DNA of 64,000 bases from Hormiphora californensis (GCA_020137815.1 CM035353.1:930001-994000), one strand, 5' to 3'. Positions 26,076 through 40,296 are shown, counted from the stretch's first letter. Program-made: numbers and translations. The notes: generated by a model from the sequence alone, not told the origin.

Positions 26076-27597
26076 GAGTGATTCATAATGATTTTCGCTT
26101 GCTATTTTTTCGGATTCTTGTTCATCGGACCCCTAAAATTTTTACAGGAACTTGTTCGCCACGAAATTTCGGTCTCCCAACACCATTTTTAGGGACCAAC
26201 CAAGTTTTCTTCCAAAGGCTATAGCCCGTTTTTTAGTGGTTAGCCACTATGCCGTCGCACTTATCAAAATATGGTCAAAATGCCAGTAATTTTTTGGAGA
26301 ATTGGCCATTTTCACATATAATGTAGTTCATTCTATCAGTTGTCATCGTAAACAACCCATTTTGAGCCGAAAAAGTTGCTGGATTGGAGTAGGGGGCTAA
26401 AAATCGCTCGAAAAGTGGTGCAAAATGTGGCTTCAAATCACCTGTTTTCGGGCAACGTTTTTGAACTTCAATTTTAGGCCCTCTAAGACATCCAAAACCG
26501 CCAAATAACTTAAGGATCATGTAGAACAGAATTAAATTTGCAATTTGAGCTTTCAATCTTGACAAAAGACCAACCAGGTCCATGGTGACAGCCTTCCAAA
26601 GTGAAAAAATGGGTTTTTGACGAATTTCTAAAAATAGCCCATAAAATAAAATGTGAAAATTGGATTTTGATTTAATTTTTACACAAATGTCCCAAAAAGA
26701 TGTCATTTTTTCCCTGCCCGGGTGAATGCCCGAAGGGCATTCACCCGGGATGATGTTTTTAGCACGTGCTAAAAAGATCATTCAGGGTTTAGAAATCAGC
26801 AGATCGTGGGGTTAAACTAAATGTGTCCGTCCGTCCGTCACGGACAACGCCTAACAACAAGTCTGCTCCTTCATAAAACTTTTATCTCACGCTTCGTTGA
26901 TTCAACAAAGGAAATGATTAACACACATTGTGGCACGCAATTACTCGCTTATAGCACTTCCCACTATCACCTTAAATCACTTTGGGCGCCCTACAGCCAT
27001 GATATGAAGTGGTAGAACGTCTTCCAAGCATGAAACTACTGTCACACTAGTGACTCGAGTTGAGATGCGGTTAAAGTTGAAGCACTTGGTAACCAACTGG
27101 GGTCTCCTAAGCAACTGCCTTGGTTGCCATAGCAACTGTTTTGGTTACCATAGCAACTGCTTCGGTTACCCTAGCAACTTACTTAGTTACCTTAGTAATC
27201 AACATCGTATCAGCCAAAAAATGCACAAAATTCATCGGAAAATCCAGTTTTGAAGGTTATTCATCAATTTTAAATCCATTTGTGGCAGGGAAACACCGCA
27301 TTATGAGTACATACATAATGCAATAATTCTTGTTTCCCTACAAAAAGTCCTGGATCCATTGGAATCAATTTACAGCCTCTAAAGGGCTAAAATCAAGGAA
27401 TGGATTTTGGAACGAGCGACCGGAACAAAACTGAACTTCAGAAATAGTCCGTCACCGGTCAAATTATGTCTTTGTAAACTTCAAACATGGTCTTCGTATT
27501 CGCAAATTGTCCAAACTAAAAGATCCTGTAGAAATTTTTGGTCTCTATCATCACTGGCGATCAAAAAGTGCCAAGCGAAAATCATTATGAATCACCC
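26076..27597. mobile_element. ~1.5-kb TIR element (TA-flanked) with a nested Helentron-like element
   Basis: gtgattcataatgattttcgcttg...caagcgaaaatcattatgaatcac. Confidence 0.7.
26706..27335 (+). mobile_element. Non-autonomous Helentron/DINE-1-like element
   Basis: Subterminal IR tttccctgcc...ggcagggaaa, 5' palindrome ccgggtgaatgccc-gaa-gggcattcacccgg, (GTCC)n microsatellite, 3' hairpin gcattatg...cataatgc, T-rich ends. Confidence 0.7.
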
Positions 27598-27768
27598 TAA
27601 TATTAAGTTTGAAACTCTCGGCCGTCAATTTTCAAAGCTCTTTTTTGGAACGTCGTTTTCGATTTCACTTTTTTCGAGATTTTCCAGGCACCGTCGCTTC
27701 ATTTCTACTATTTTAAAGCATTACACTTTTAATCCAATACAATCTTTAGCCTGACATGTCATGTAAGC

Positions 27769-30700
27769 ATGGAAGAGGTTGCGAAAAGGGGTTTGGAAAC
27801 TCCCGAAACACCTGATTCTACCGAAAAGGAAGGTCTTGAAATCCCTGAAGTAGATATTAAGCAAGAGCCAATCCAAGATTTTCCACCAAAACGAGCTTTG
27901 AAGAGTAGCACTACTGGTCCAATATCACTTCTTCCCTTACCTGAGTTTATCTACCCACATTTAACGGTCAAGGATGAGGGAATTAAACTTGAACCGTTGC
28001 AGGTAACGTGTTGTTTTAACCGAGTAATAATAATAATAAATACCGAATGGTTCCCTTTGTTACCTGCTGTTAATATTTCTTCTTCATTTCAGATTAAACA
28101 TGAAAAGTTTAGCAGACAAGAGTTTGATGGAATCGTTGAAACGGGAGCGGAGGAAGGTGAATCCCTGTTCCCATCCATTTTTACACCATCGAACATTATT
28201 CAAGTACTAGATTACTACCGACGGTATGTGCAATGTTTTGGACGTTTGAAATTTCTGTGAAAATAGATCAACACTTTCTGACCGGTTGTTAACACACCAT
28301 CCTCAGGTCAGTAAGAGTCATTCACAGAAGAAGTACTATTCACCAGGATAGTCTCCACGCAGTCATGGCAATGGCCGCTCCTGTTATCACTCTCCGATAT
28401 CACCACCAGACGGGTATGTGAACCGACCAACACAAGTAAACAACCAATCAGAACTCGTTATTTAGGTCACGTGACTGGTTATCAGCCAATCAGGGGCCAG
28501 TGTTTCCTGATTTGGTCGGTTCCTGACTGCATCATATACCAGCCCACCCCTGGCCCTTTCAATAATGTTATTGATACTCATTACTTCAAATTATCCATCC
28601 CCATACCCCTGATGGTCCCCTTACTGAACCCCATTGTTCTTCCCCCGTCCTAAATATTGTTCTCCCTGAATGATCCTTAATTTTCCTAACTATTAAACCC
28701 TCCAGCCTCCCTAATTGTTCTCCCCCTCCACAGGGTATGTGAACCCTCCAGCCTCCCTAATTGTTCTCTCCCTCCCCCACAGGACAAGAGATGACGTACT
28801 GGACGTGCGAGTATCAGTGTGAGAGTGATGTAGTTACCGCCTGCAAACTACTCAACGGGTTCACCTGTCATGCCTGTCCAACTCTCCGTAACTCCCGCCC
28901 TACCCTCGCCCCACCTCTATACAGACCCCATCTGCTCCTCCATCTCCACCCCTATCATCAGTCCCGTGTGAGGAATGCGGCCGGTGGTACAAACTGAAAG
29001 AGGACCTCCTTTACCACAGGCTCCTAGTCATGGCATTTACAGGCCCAGCGAGCGGACTAAACGGGGCAGGGGGAGAATGGTGAAGGCCCGTCCTTGTTCA
29101 ACAACACCCCAACCACCCTCGAAAGCCCCCACAATTTGACCCTGAAGCCTGGGCAGGTGGACGTCCCGCACGGAACCCGGACTTCACATCCCGGCATTCC
29201 TTCGTCATGGACATGTGTATTGGGTGTGAGAGAGGCTAACGGTCATGTCGGGTACGTCCCAGTGGACCACACATACTCAAAGGTGAACGAAGTCCTCCGG
29301 AACACCCTTCCCTCGGACCGTGAGACAGGCCAACCGCCTGTCATGTTCGTACTGACACAGCGGAGGAAGAAGCAGGTGTATGTGTCACTGGAACACACCT
29401 ATGGGAAGGTGAAGTGTGGGATGGCATGGTGCAGTCTGTGCGGGGAGACTTGTGCCTCGTTTAGGGACCTCCAGGTTCACCTGTCAGAACATGCCCGACC
29501 TGGTAAACGGAAGTTAAATAGAGCACCTAAAGAGGAGGGAGTGCTAACATGTAACATGTGCAGGAAAGGTGTTTGGAGACAAAACAACGTTTATTGCCCA
29601 CGTTGCGTCTCATGATAAGGAGGAGGTTCACAACAAGTGTCGACATTGTGATCTTCAGTTTAGTTCCGTTGTGAAACAGATAAAACACCAGTTACTACAC
29701 GAGTGTGAGAGATGTAGTGAGAGCTTTAAGTGTCTTAACGAGGCTCAGAGACACCGTGATAACCATATCCTACTGGACAAGGCGAAGTGTTGCTGCGAGA
29801 TCTGCCAAAAGAAGTTCCTAACCCTCCCCGAGTTCACCGCTCACCTCTCAGGTCATGAAGTGTCCCCCACCGCACGAAGCATCCTGCCTATTCCTGACTC
29901 TGTGAAGAGGTTCAGTGAGATTGTCCTAACACCGATCCGAGGGAAACACGGCTGCAACAAGTGTAGTAAGGAGTGTGACAGTGATATCGAGCTGTATTCC
30001 CACATGGGCTTCCACGTTCTACCACCCCCCAAACCCGCAACAAACAATAAAAAGAAGTCCAAGAAAGGACAGGCATCGTACTATGATGAGGTGCGCAGTA
30101 AGGATACAGGGCTGATTGAGTTCGAGTGTACGATCTGCAGTGAACGGTTTGAAACAAAGTTCGGGGCTTCAGCACACATGCGGAAACACAGGAAGAAGTG
30201 TCCCAAGTGTGAAGAGGTTGTAACTGGGCTATGCCGGCACGTGTGTAGGGCGAAACTTGGCAAAGCGAGAAAGAGTGCTGTAAGGATTCACACGTGCAAA
30301 GAGTGTGGAAAACAATTCGGGACGGAGTTTAGTCTAGAGAATCATATGTCAACTGAACACCCTATTAGTGAGAGTGAGGAAGAGGAAGAGGAGGAGGAGG
30401 AGACTAAGAAGATTGAAGAGGAGCCATGTGTTATGGATGAATTGATGAACTGGCGACACGATTCACCACCGCCCTCCCCACCCTCCTCACCGCCTATCTT
30501 TATGAAGGAGCGGTCTGTGTTCAGTCCCATGAAAGGCTCCCACTTCAAATCACCCGGTACTCAAATGGTGCGGGCCCGGAAGACTGCCGCTAAGTTATTC
30601 AAGTGTGAGGAGTGTAACATCAAGTTTGGAAGCAAGAAAATCCTCCAAATACACATGATAAAACGACACGGCGACAGTCAAACTACTGGGACACCCGAGA

Positions 30701-33700
30701 AACTAAAAATTAAGGAAGAAGACGTAAACAATGAAAATGGGGGTGAGATCAGCTTTAAGAGATCTTCAAGTGGTGTGAAAACCTTCAAGAGGACTTTTGA
30801 GTGTGATATCTGTGGGAAATTGTTCGAGGAGAAAGCCACCTACATTTCTCATATCATGAATCACAACAAAGACCCGGATCCCACCACCGCCAAACACGGG
30901 GGAATATTCTATGTGGCAGATGAAGAACTGGGCCTAGTTCACACCGCCACTCCCCCGACACAACAGCCAGTGATCACAGAACGGCAGAGGGCGGTAGTTG
31001 AGACTAAATCGTGTCACCTCTGTTTCATCTCTTTCTCCTCCTGGGGTAACTTGATCAACCACTACTGTGCAGCCCACACAATGTTAGATATCAATGACGT
31101 TATAGTGGAGTGGGCCTCCCTCTTCAACCCTCTGATGGAGTGTACTATCTGTAAGAAGAGGCACGCTGTCCTAGCTCACCTTTACTACCACGCCAAGTTC
31201 CACGCCGCTCAACATGGAGACTGGAGGAAGGAAGATGACTTCAAACAACAACTTGTCAAGTGTACTGTCTGCGGGATCACGTATAACAGGTTCACCACAC
31301 TTGCCTCCCATATGAAGACCCACGTGCCACGTGTCGAGGTGGGAGAGGTGAAATTATCGGTTGGGGAGGTACAGTGTGAAGTGTGCCACAGGGGCTACCT
31401 GCCTGCGGGACACACCCGACATCACAGACTGCACGAGATGGAGCTGGCGCACTGGTGTGAGCTGTGCGGGGAGGAGTTCACTAATCAGAGATCTTACATT
31501 GTGCATTATGATACCGAGCACGGAGCTGAGGAGCAGGCACGGTTAGCGCCCCCTAAACCGAAGAAGAAAGATGTTGTGGAGAAGAAGGTGGAGAAAGAAA
31601 AGGGTGTTCCAGCTAAGAAGGAGGAGGGGCAAGTAGAGGAAAAAAGGGGGTTTTAGATCCATCTTCCCCAGTTATCAGGCAAGATGCAGTAAAACCGGAT
31701 AAGACCGAAGCGTGTGAGAAGCCAAAGGATCCGACACCAACACGAGACAAGCAAGAAACTCCTGTGAAACCTGATCCGCCCAGGAAACTGTTTGAACGAT
31801 CTAAGAAGAAGGTGCCACCACCTAGTAGTAGTAAGGTGCCACCACCTAGTAGTAGTAAGGTGCCACCACCTAGTAGTAGTAAGGTGCGACTAGAATCCCC
31901 TGATGTTGATACAGTTGTCACAGTGCCTGATGATTCCCCCGTGAAGAGGGAAAAGAGGAAATCACTGTCGAGTGAGAGGGGTAAAGAGAAGATGAAGGCA
32001 AAGAAACGGAGAACACGGGAGGGTACAAGTGATTCTCTAAATCTTCAGGAACTCCTTCAGAATTCCTTAAGGAACAGCTTTGCACACTCAGCAATTACCC
32101 CCAAGTCTACTAGTAGTGAAACCAAACCAGGCAGCTCCTCCGGAAAGAAGAAGAATGAGAAAAAGAAGGATGGATTTTCTGATAGAGATAAAAGGAAGAC
32201 CAGTGTATCGTCTGATAGGGGGAAGATAAAAGATACATCTGACAGATCAGCTGATAAACCAAGAAGATCAGGAGAATCTTCTTCCAAAGTATCAGATCTA
32301 GAACGGAAGAAAGATGTAAGATGTGATTCTGAAAGGAGCAGAAGATCAGTTGAAACATCCAAACCACCTACCTCCAAAGAATCCAACCCCCTCTCCAACG
32401 GTATTGGATCCTCCGGCAAGTCTCCCGCTAGATCCTCTCGAACACCATTAAAAGAGAACCCATCTCCGAGATCCCCTGCTGGCACTAAAACTCTACTTGG
32501 AAATCCAAAGTCACCTCGTGTTGCTTCAGAATCCCCCTCAAAGGCACCACTGTTATCCGCCACCACCCCGGCAGGTGTCACACCTCTGCTACCCGCCACC
32601 CCGGCAGGTGTCACGCCATCACCCACAAAACCAGCCCTCCTGACAGCCGTGATGTGTACGTATTGTGCCCTTCAGTTTAGGGTGCCCAGCGACAAGACTA
32701 AACACGAGCACCTCCATACCAGTGGGTACTTTGAACACAAGTGTGGCACGTGCATCCTCAGCTTCCAGACACCAGGCTAAACTCAACCAACATCGACTTA
32801 ACTACCGGCCACGATGGATTGCCACCCAGTGGAGTTGGACCTTCCACCGACTTTAAATGTCCCCATTGCAACTTGGTGTTCCCTCATCGGAATGTGCTGG
32901 CAGAGCACTTCGTGAAACACACTAACGGTGTCTTCAAGATGAAATGTGCCAAGTGTGAACTGAGGTTCCCCAGTACCAGCTTTGTTGATAAACATTTTGC
33001 CTGAACGGCATACCCCGAACACTGGAAGTGTTGCAAAGTCAAGCCAGCAGTTCTTATTTCTGCGAATCAACACCCCCAAATCCCAGCAACGACCTGCAGC
33101 GAAACCTAAAAGATCGATAAAACAGATGTTGGCCGGATCATTTGTGCCTACCCCGAAGGTTAATGGTACTACGCCACCGATACTCGCAACGACCCGACAC
33201 CTTGCAGCCGCTACCCGAATGCAGGCACCGACTACCTCCTCCTCCCCCGCTCAGAATCCAGGGGCACAGACTACCCGAATGCAGGCCCAGGCTACCTCCT
33301 CCCCTTCTTCCAGCGGGCACTTCTGGTGTGGCGTGTGTAAAACAAGCTACCCAACCCTGGAGCTTTCAGCGCAACACAAGATGGAGTACGAGTGTGTGGG
33401 TGGGTTCCCCTGTCCTAACTGCAACATTAATTTTACCACAAAACATCGGAGAATTGCTCACAACTGCGGAGGAATAAGGACAGCACCAAAACAGGCAACT
33501 CCCCCTGTTATGTCTCCTGCTAGTGTTAGACCCCCAGCTGCACATCCTGTTGGCATGAGACCCAATGGTGCCCCTCTCAACCCACGCGGGGCACCCAATA
33601 CCCGACCTAATGGAAGGATGCCATCCCACCCTGTCCATGGTACATCTGCTGTGCCACCCAGTGGCCCCCACTCCAATCATCATGGTACATCTCCTAGGTT

Positions 33701-33938
33701 GATGACTACCCGTTTACCCAATGGTGCCCCACGGGGACAACCTCGCCGCCCTGCTCCACGATCTCAACAGTGCGGGTACTGTTTGAGGCTCTTCCAGGGG
33801 GATGCGAACATCCAAAATCACCTGATTAGATCTCATCTGAGGAAGGTGTTAGGACTGTCATGTCCCTACCAGATTGTCAAGAATATTCAGAATAATGTGA
33901 TTGTGTGGTCCCTGAGGAGAGCACACCCCACCAGATAG
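27769..33938 (+). CDS. Large multi-C2H2 zinc-finger protein; several short 5' exons and one very large last exon broken by single-base frameshifts
   Basis: Many CxxC...HxxxH fingers across consecutive ORFs 29094, 29569, 31764, 32741 and 32982, joined by +1/-1 shifts mostly in short homopolymers. IKQE/IKHE SUMO-like motifs at the N-terminus. Confidence 0.8.
28420..28525 (+). mobile_element. Family A MITE, copy 4
   Basis: Directly follows the donor cgg|gtatgt at 28414. Confidence 0.85.
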
Positions 33939-34550
33939 AGAAAGTGAGAGCACATCCCGGAAGATAGAGAAAGTTCAGAAGGACTTAAAAAGAAGAGGCT
34001 AGCTGAGGGAGAGTGGTAATTTTTTTTAGGACGAGGGAGAGAGTAAGAGAAAACTGAAAAAGAAGACATATAATAGTGTGTTGAGTTTCCACCGTGTGTA
34101 AATGTTGGAAATGATTAACAAGAGAGATTTCAATATGTGTGTACCCCCCGCGATATATATCAACTATAATATGTGTTTGTGTGTCTGATTAGTGATCAGT
34201 GATCAGTATGTGGCAGGTGCCCAGTATGTGTCTGATCTATTGAGAGATTATGTTGCGTGTGTCATGGTGAAGGTGGTTTAAATGGGGTTTAAATACTAGA
34301 TGCTCTTTTTAAGCAGTAGAGTTTTTAGTTTAAAGCAGTACATCCAACATCGGGGTAATCGTTTTTAAGCTAATTTAATTTTGACTACCATTATTCTTAC
34401 TAAATAATAACTGTGTTTCATTTTCCCTCCAAACCCCCAAATCAAGTTTCTCGTGAAGCTTCTCTACCCCCTCTACCCACCCTAGATAGTCCCTACTGCC
34501 TATATTCTACTCATATTTAACACACTCTCTCTACATATAATTAGCACACT

Positions 34551-37316
34551 ATGGGTAAAAGAAACCGCCGTAGTGTACCCACTCCCACTGCACCCGCTGT
34601 TAGTGATCCTGATGATGGGGCTGACATCAATGTATCAGAACGGGAACTGATGAGGGATGAAATAGATGAAGCCCTCCTGGAGAGAAATGAAATCAGGTAA
34701 ATAGTTGCCTTGCTCGACCCTGTTTCCTGCGCCCCGCCCCTTTACGAAAGGAGGATTAGAATACAGCAAGTAAATTTAGCAGATGTTTTTAGAAACTGAA
34801 TCTCTCGCAAGCTGAATCTCTTGCAAACTTATATGGTACCCATCTCTTACTAAACCGTAATCGATATAGGTTCTCTGGTGACGATGATGATTATTCTGAT
34901 CCAGCTGGTGATGATGAGGAGATCCTGGAGCTGGACACTGAAGAAGAAGATGAGGAAGAAGATGAGGAAGAAGAACTGAGAGAGCGGGGAATTGATGAGG
35001 TCGAGGACGAATTGAGGTGAGGATTTTAGAGTTTTACTACCACGGTGTTATACTTCTGTTCAACACCTCTTTGCCACACAGGGTAACGGACAAGGCATGG
35101 GGACGGAAGAAAGCAGCATTCTATGCAGATGAAGACGAGGAAGATAGTGAGGAGGAGGGATCGGAGATGGAGGAAGAGGAAGAGAGGGAGGCGATGGTGC
35201 TTCAAAAACGTCTCCTCCAACAAATATCAGAACAAGATTTTGAGTCGGCCAGGTATGTATATATTGTGTATTATACGGGGACAGGGAAGGATGCAAAACG
35301 ATGTACAAAGACACAAAATATCAATTTTGATTCTGCCTTTTGTTCAATCAATGTTTGTACCCAGGTTTGCTGGAGAGGCGGGTGACTCAGTTTTTAAGGA
35401 GAGTCTGGTGACTACAGATTTCACTACTATGACCAAAGAGGAAAAACTACTATATTTACTACAGGTTAGTTAATTGTTTACTAACAACAAACAAACAATA
35501 TTTAATCCCAGTAACTTGTCCTCAGAACTAATCTCCTCTCATCATATCTCTCTCAGAACTAATCTCCTCTCATCATATATCTCTCAGAACTAATATCCTC
35601 TCACCATTCCACCCTCATCCTATTTCTCTCAGAACTCCCCTGAGCTCCCTGAGATGCTCGAAGAGTTCAGGGACAAGTTGTCGGAGGCCAGGGAACCGTT
35701 ATTCTCCCTGCTAACACTGGGTAGAGACAAGGGGACGTTTTCTAACACTGGTCACAGTTACATTGAGGCCAAATACAAGCTGAATATGCTGTACTGTTTG
35801 AATATCGCGTAAGTGGGGAATATGGGGGGTTATGTACAGGAACCGACCGAAACAAGTAAACAACCAATCAGAACTCGTTATTTAGGTCACGTGACTGGTT
35901 ATCAGCCAATCAGGGACCAGTATTTCCTGATTCGGTCGGTTCCTGGTTATGTATTCATTAGTGAGTCGTAGTTCCTTATTTTACATTTCCCTGAATTTTT
36001 TCCAACGTTCACCCACCGTTTGGATAAAACGGCTGATTGTAGAGACCTGTGACCACGACTCGAAAGGTCCGATTTTGGGGGGTATTCTTGTAACAACCTC
36101 TCTCCGACAGGTATTATCTCATGTTACAGAGCGGAGAGACAGACAAGCAGGAGTTGACCTCTCACCCAGTTATCGGTAGAATTGTGGAACTTAGGAAACT
36201 AATTGCTGCATCCGCTAAAACTGACGTTACTCTGGAGAAGGAGATTGAGAACTTGCTGCAGGTGAGTTGGGCACCATATATGGGCATCACGTGACACACA
36301 ACACCATATATGGGCATCACGTGATTGTGAGGTTACCCTGCTGGTGAAAGAGACAAGTTGTTATAGGTGAGAGATTATTTTTCCTGTAGAGCTATTCATT
36401 TAGATGGCCCATATTCAAAATATTAGTACATGATTGATGATACCCTTTGATGAGCATTATCATACAAATTGCTAGTGCCATCTCCCTAGGTGAATACTAC
36501 GGAGCCAGAGGAGGAGACTAAGGGAATAAAAAGGGCGGCCAGCGAGGAAGAAGAGGAAGAAGAAGTTAAAGAAGATTTGTATGAGAAACAGTTGAAATTA
36601 AGTGAAGAGAAGAAGCGAAAGAAAAAGAAGAAGAAAGGTAATGTTTTGGGGTTTTATTTCTTGCACAGACATCTTGACCATATTAGGGTGTTTTCCCATT
36701 CTAGTTATATATAACCCTTTGTTCTATGTTCCGTCCTTCTAACCCCTTCTTCTCTACATTAGGAATAGAGATTCTCCCTGAGGACCCAACCCTTATGGAA
36801 GATGGGGATGAAGAGAAGCGAGGAATCACCTACAAGATAATGAAAAATAAGGTTGGTATTTTTGAGAATCATACTGGATCGCAATAGCTGAGATAAGGAA
36901 CATTCTCTGTTTTTATCTCCCCCCACCTCCATCCTCGCTCCGTCTCGTTCGCTCTCTCCAACTCTCGCCCTCTTTATCTTCCTGCTTTGGTCTGCGTGAA
37001 TACACCTTTCTGTTGTTCTTATATTATCCCATTTTTGTTCTATTCTTAGCTATACAACCCGTGGTTTCGTATGCCAGTAAAGGGTTATTAAAACTGTTTC
37101 CACTCACACACTTATTAACGTCCTGTTCCTCAGGGTCTCACACCACACCGAAAGAAGGAACAGAGGAACCCACGAGTCAAACACCGAAAGAAGTTTGACA
37201 AAGCACTGAAGAAGCGCAGGTCCCAGATCCCTGATTTGAGAGAACAAGGGGGTGCATACGGTGGCGAGAAGAGTGGTATTAAATCAGGACTTACCAAGAG
37301 TACCAAATTGAAATAG
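34551..37316 (+). CDS. UTP3: Sas10/UTP3 SSU processome protein
   Basis: MGKRNRR start, acidic region, AWGRKKAAFY, SPELPEMLEEF, HPVIGRIVELR, RGITYKIMKNKGLTP..KKEQRNPRVKHRKKF...YGGEKSGI. Confidence 0.9.
35837..35945 (+). mobile_element. Family A MITE, copy 5 (full length, reference copy)
   Basis: caggaaccgaccgaa...ttcggtcggttcctg with perfect TSD gttatgta, 28 nt after the donor at 35809. Confidence 0.92.
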
Positions 37317-37569
37317 AGTGTGTGTTTTTATTAGCGGTCAGGAGAGGTTTAATTTATTGACATGTTTTCAGTTTTATCTCAACATTTGAAATCCTGTGTG
37401 CTGATTTGTGTGTCCCACCCTGTCACAGTTTTACGAACCCCTACGCGCGACCTCCACACGGCTTTATTACAGAGACACAAGCGCGTCGCGCGTAAATCCC
37501 TTGCACGGGATCTGTCTGTGTCACAGTCATCCAGGGACAGAATTCAATTTCATTGTCTGCAACAATGTA

Positions 37570-37791
37570 AAGTCGGATTTTTTGAAACTGTCACCCCCCT
37601 GGGCATTTTCAAATTTCGTAAATGACCATAAATCCGGTTCCTGACGAGATAGAGACTTGAAATTTGGAGGTTACGAAGATCTTGCTAAGTTCTTCCGAAC
37701 CTCCAAATTTCAAGTCTCTATCTTATCAGGAACCGGAGATATGGCAAATTTTGTTATTTCAGGGGGGTGACAGTTTCAAAAAATCCGACTT
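37570..37791. mobile_element. ~220-bp MITE, TA TSD
   Basis: aagtcggattttttgaaactgtcaccccc TIR. Second copy in the opposite orientation at 46694-46913; mini version at ~40826-40876. Confidence 0.85.
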
Positions 37792-37930
37792 TATGGTTGC
37801 TTTGATTTATCAAAACAAATTAACGACTAGTTTCTCACTTTTACAAAAAGGGGGCGGCAATTACACACATCTAAACACGACCACTTAATAACTTATCAAA
37901 CTCAGTCTATCTCACTTTCACCACTCAAAA

Positions 37931-38723
37931 TAGTAGAGTCGATAACTACATCGACCTCTCCCAATTGTTCCAGTTTTTGTCACATCTGTTTGGAGCCTCG
38001 ACACGACCTCTAAACAGGTGTTACTTTTTCACAAACTGTTTTCATCTTGGTGTAATCAGCAGTTGAAATGTTGCTAATCATAACAAAAACCTGACTAAAT
38101 TTTTTCAACTTGGGGTAAAACCATGGGTGTCAAAAGTTAGCTCTAGGTCCACTGAGTAACCATCCGGAGACTCCAAGAGATATTTCAAGCCGTTCTCCTG
38201 TAATCATTAATCCCGGTAGAGCACATATTTGAGTATGGACGTACGTGCAATTGCCTACAACCTCAACTTTAATGTATAACGTTAATGTGCGTCTCTCTCT
38301 TTTCTCCCCCTTGAGAAAGAGTTATCTCGCGCGGCGCAACCGCACGTGCGGTTTTTCCAGAGAGAGTGAGAGACATACAATAACATGTAAACAGCCTGCC
38401 AGCGCTCACGTACGTCCGCATTGTATTTTTTTCTCCACCGGGATTAATGATTACGGGAGAACGGCTTGAAATATCTCTTAGAGTCTCCGGATGGTTACTC
38501 AGGGGACCTAGACCTAACTTTTGACACCCATGGTTTTACCCCAAGTTGAAAAAATTTAGTCAGGTTTTTGTTATGATTAGCAACATTTCAACTGCTGATT
38601 ACACCAAGATGAAAACAGTTTGTGAAAAAGTAACACCTGTTTAGAGGTCGTGTCGAGGCTCCAAACAGATGTGACAAAAACTGAAACAATTGGGAGAGGT
38701 CGATGTAGTTATCGACTCTACTA
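37931..38723. mobile_element. Foldback element with ~290-bp near-perfect TIRs
   Basis: tagtagagtcgataactacatcgacctctccc... and its reverse complement ending at 38723. Confidence 0.85.
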
Positions 38724-38956
38724 AAATCAAGCCTCCACATTTTCCTCGTTCTTCTCTCTTCGAATGGGCCGGCCCTGTCGATCATACCCATACTGGAAAC
38801 CTGATGTAAAAAAGTGGAATCGGTGGAGTTGTTGTTGGGTGGAGTAAATGGAAGGTTGTGTGCCTTTCGCGCGAGGTGTTCTACACTAAACGCGCGCGGT
38901 TGCTAGTCGCTGAAGAGATCCTCACAGGAACACGCTGGGACGCAGAGTTTTTGAAC

Positions 38957-40296
38957 TCAGAGAATGTTAAAAGTTTTTGCCATATCGTGAAGTTCGAAAT
39001 ACCTACCATTGTCATTACCCATGACCATTTCCTTCTTATCATCAAAGATCTCCGCAGAAAATGGAACTTTCCTCCAAAGCCCATTCTTTTTCAGACATTT
39101 CTTTTCTGCAACCGCATCAAGATCCTGTCTCATTTGACACATATTCCACCCATGCACCCATTGCTGTGAGAGAGGGAGGGATCGGTTAAACCAACTAAAA
39201 TATCCACACTTTATAACAAATAACTAGACAGCCAGGTATTATATTTCAATACGATCTTACCCGGAACTGACCGACACAAGTACACAACCAATCAGAACTC
39301 GTTATTTAGGTCACGTGACTGGTTATCAGCCAATCAGGGGCCAGTATTTCCTGGATCTTACCTCACAAATTTCCCGATGTGCCTTCTTGGAAAACTTATT
39401 GTCAGCCAGGCAATTCCTCCAGGGAATGAACCAGTGTGCACAATAGTCCCTGAATGAGTGGGGTAATTAATTAAATGAGTGGGGGGAGTAGTCCCTAATT
39501 TAGTAGGGTAATTATCTCTTGACTGGGAGGGGAGTAGTCCCTAAATGAGTGGGGTAATTAACTCTTGACTGGGAGAAATTGAGTAAAAATTGAGAAAGTC
39601 AGTGAAAGCAAGGATTGAATTAAGATCTATACACCTGAAATGAAGGGGCACTTTTTGGCGATGCAGTTCCTCTTGAGTGACCCACATTTTCCTAGTCCTC
39701 TGTCGGCACGGGTTCTCCAATCTGTATAGCGGGTGAGATAGGGTAGTATGTATCAACATTGAATAGGGTAGTAATTCAAACATATTTTACAGATCTCATT
39801 ATCATAACTACGCGGGTGAAAGGGAAATGATTTACTGGATATATTAGTGAGTCTCACATCCCCCACTTACCAGGAACCGACCGGGACAAGTAAACAACCA
39901 ATCAGAACTCGTTATTAAGGTCACATGACTGGTTATCAGCCAATCAGAGACCAGTATTTCCTGATTCGGTCGGTTCCTGTCACTTACCCAGATTCCTTCC
40001 TTTCCTGGGCCTCGACCTCAGTGGGCACAGCAGGGTTTACCACCTTGTACCCTTCTGAGAAGGGTACCCATTTCTCTTCCCGTTCTTCAGACATGTGTGG
40101 TCGGTGTTTCTCCCCTCCTAACTAGAAGATGGGGAGAAGGTTAGCATTGGGGGAATATCAGTAAAACTTGGACGGGTAATGTAATGTGTTTTGGGATAGT
40201 TAAGAAATACAGCGGCAATTATTGTTCGGGTAAATGTCTTCCGGTGTTTGTGGGTACTGGATCTTTCTTGATTTCCAAAATCATCAGACACAGTCA
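38957..40296 (-). CDS. NDUFB7: Complex I subunit NDUFB7 (B18); start uncertain
   Basis: RKMWVTQEELHRQKVPLHFR|DYCAHWFIPWRNC...CE|QWVHGWNMC (twin CX9C) across exons 39988-40121, ~39635-39721, 39362-39449 and 38957-39163. Confidence 0.8.
39261..39353 (+). mobile_element. Family A MITE, copy 6
   Basis: Perfect TSD gatcttac, which reads GTAAGATC on the gene strand, the first 8 nt of the NDUFB7 intron. Confidence 0.9.
39871..39979 (+). mobile_element. Family A MITE, copy 7
   Basis: TSD ccacttac/tcacttac, which reads GTAAGTGA on the gene strand, the first 8 nt of another NDUFB7 intron. Confidence 0.9.

Noticed and set aside
29094-33938. Several separate zinc-finger genes or a pseudogene
   Set aside because: The ORFs join seamlessly with single-base corrections, some in the middle of a finger.
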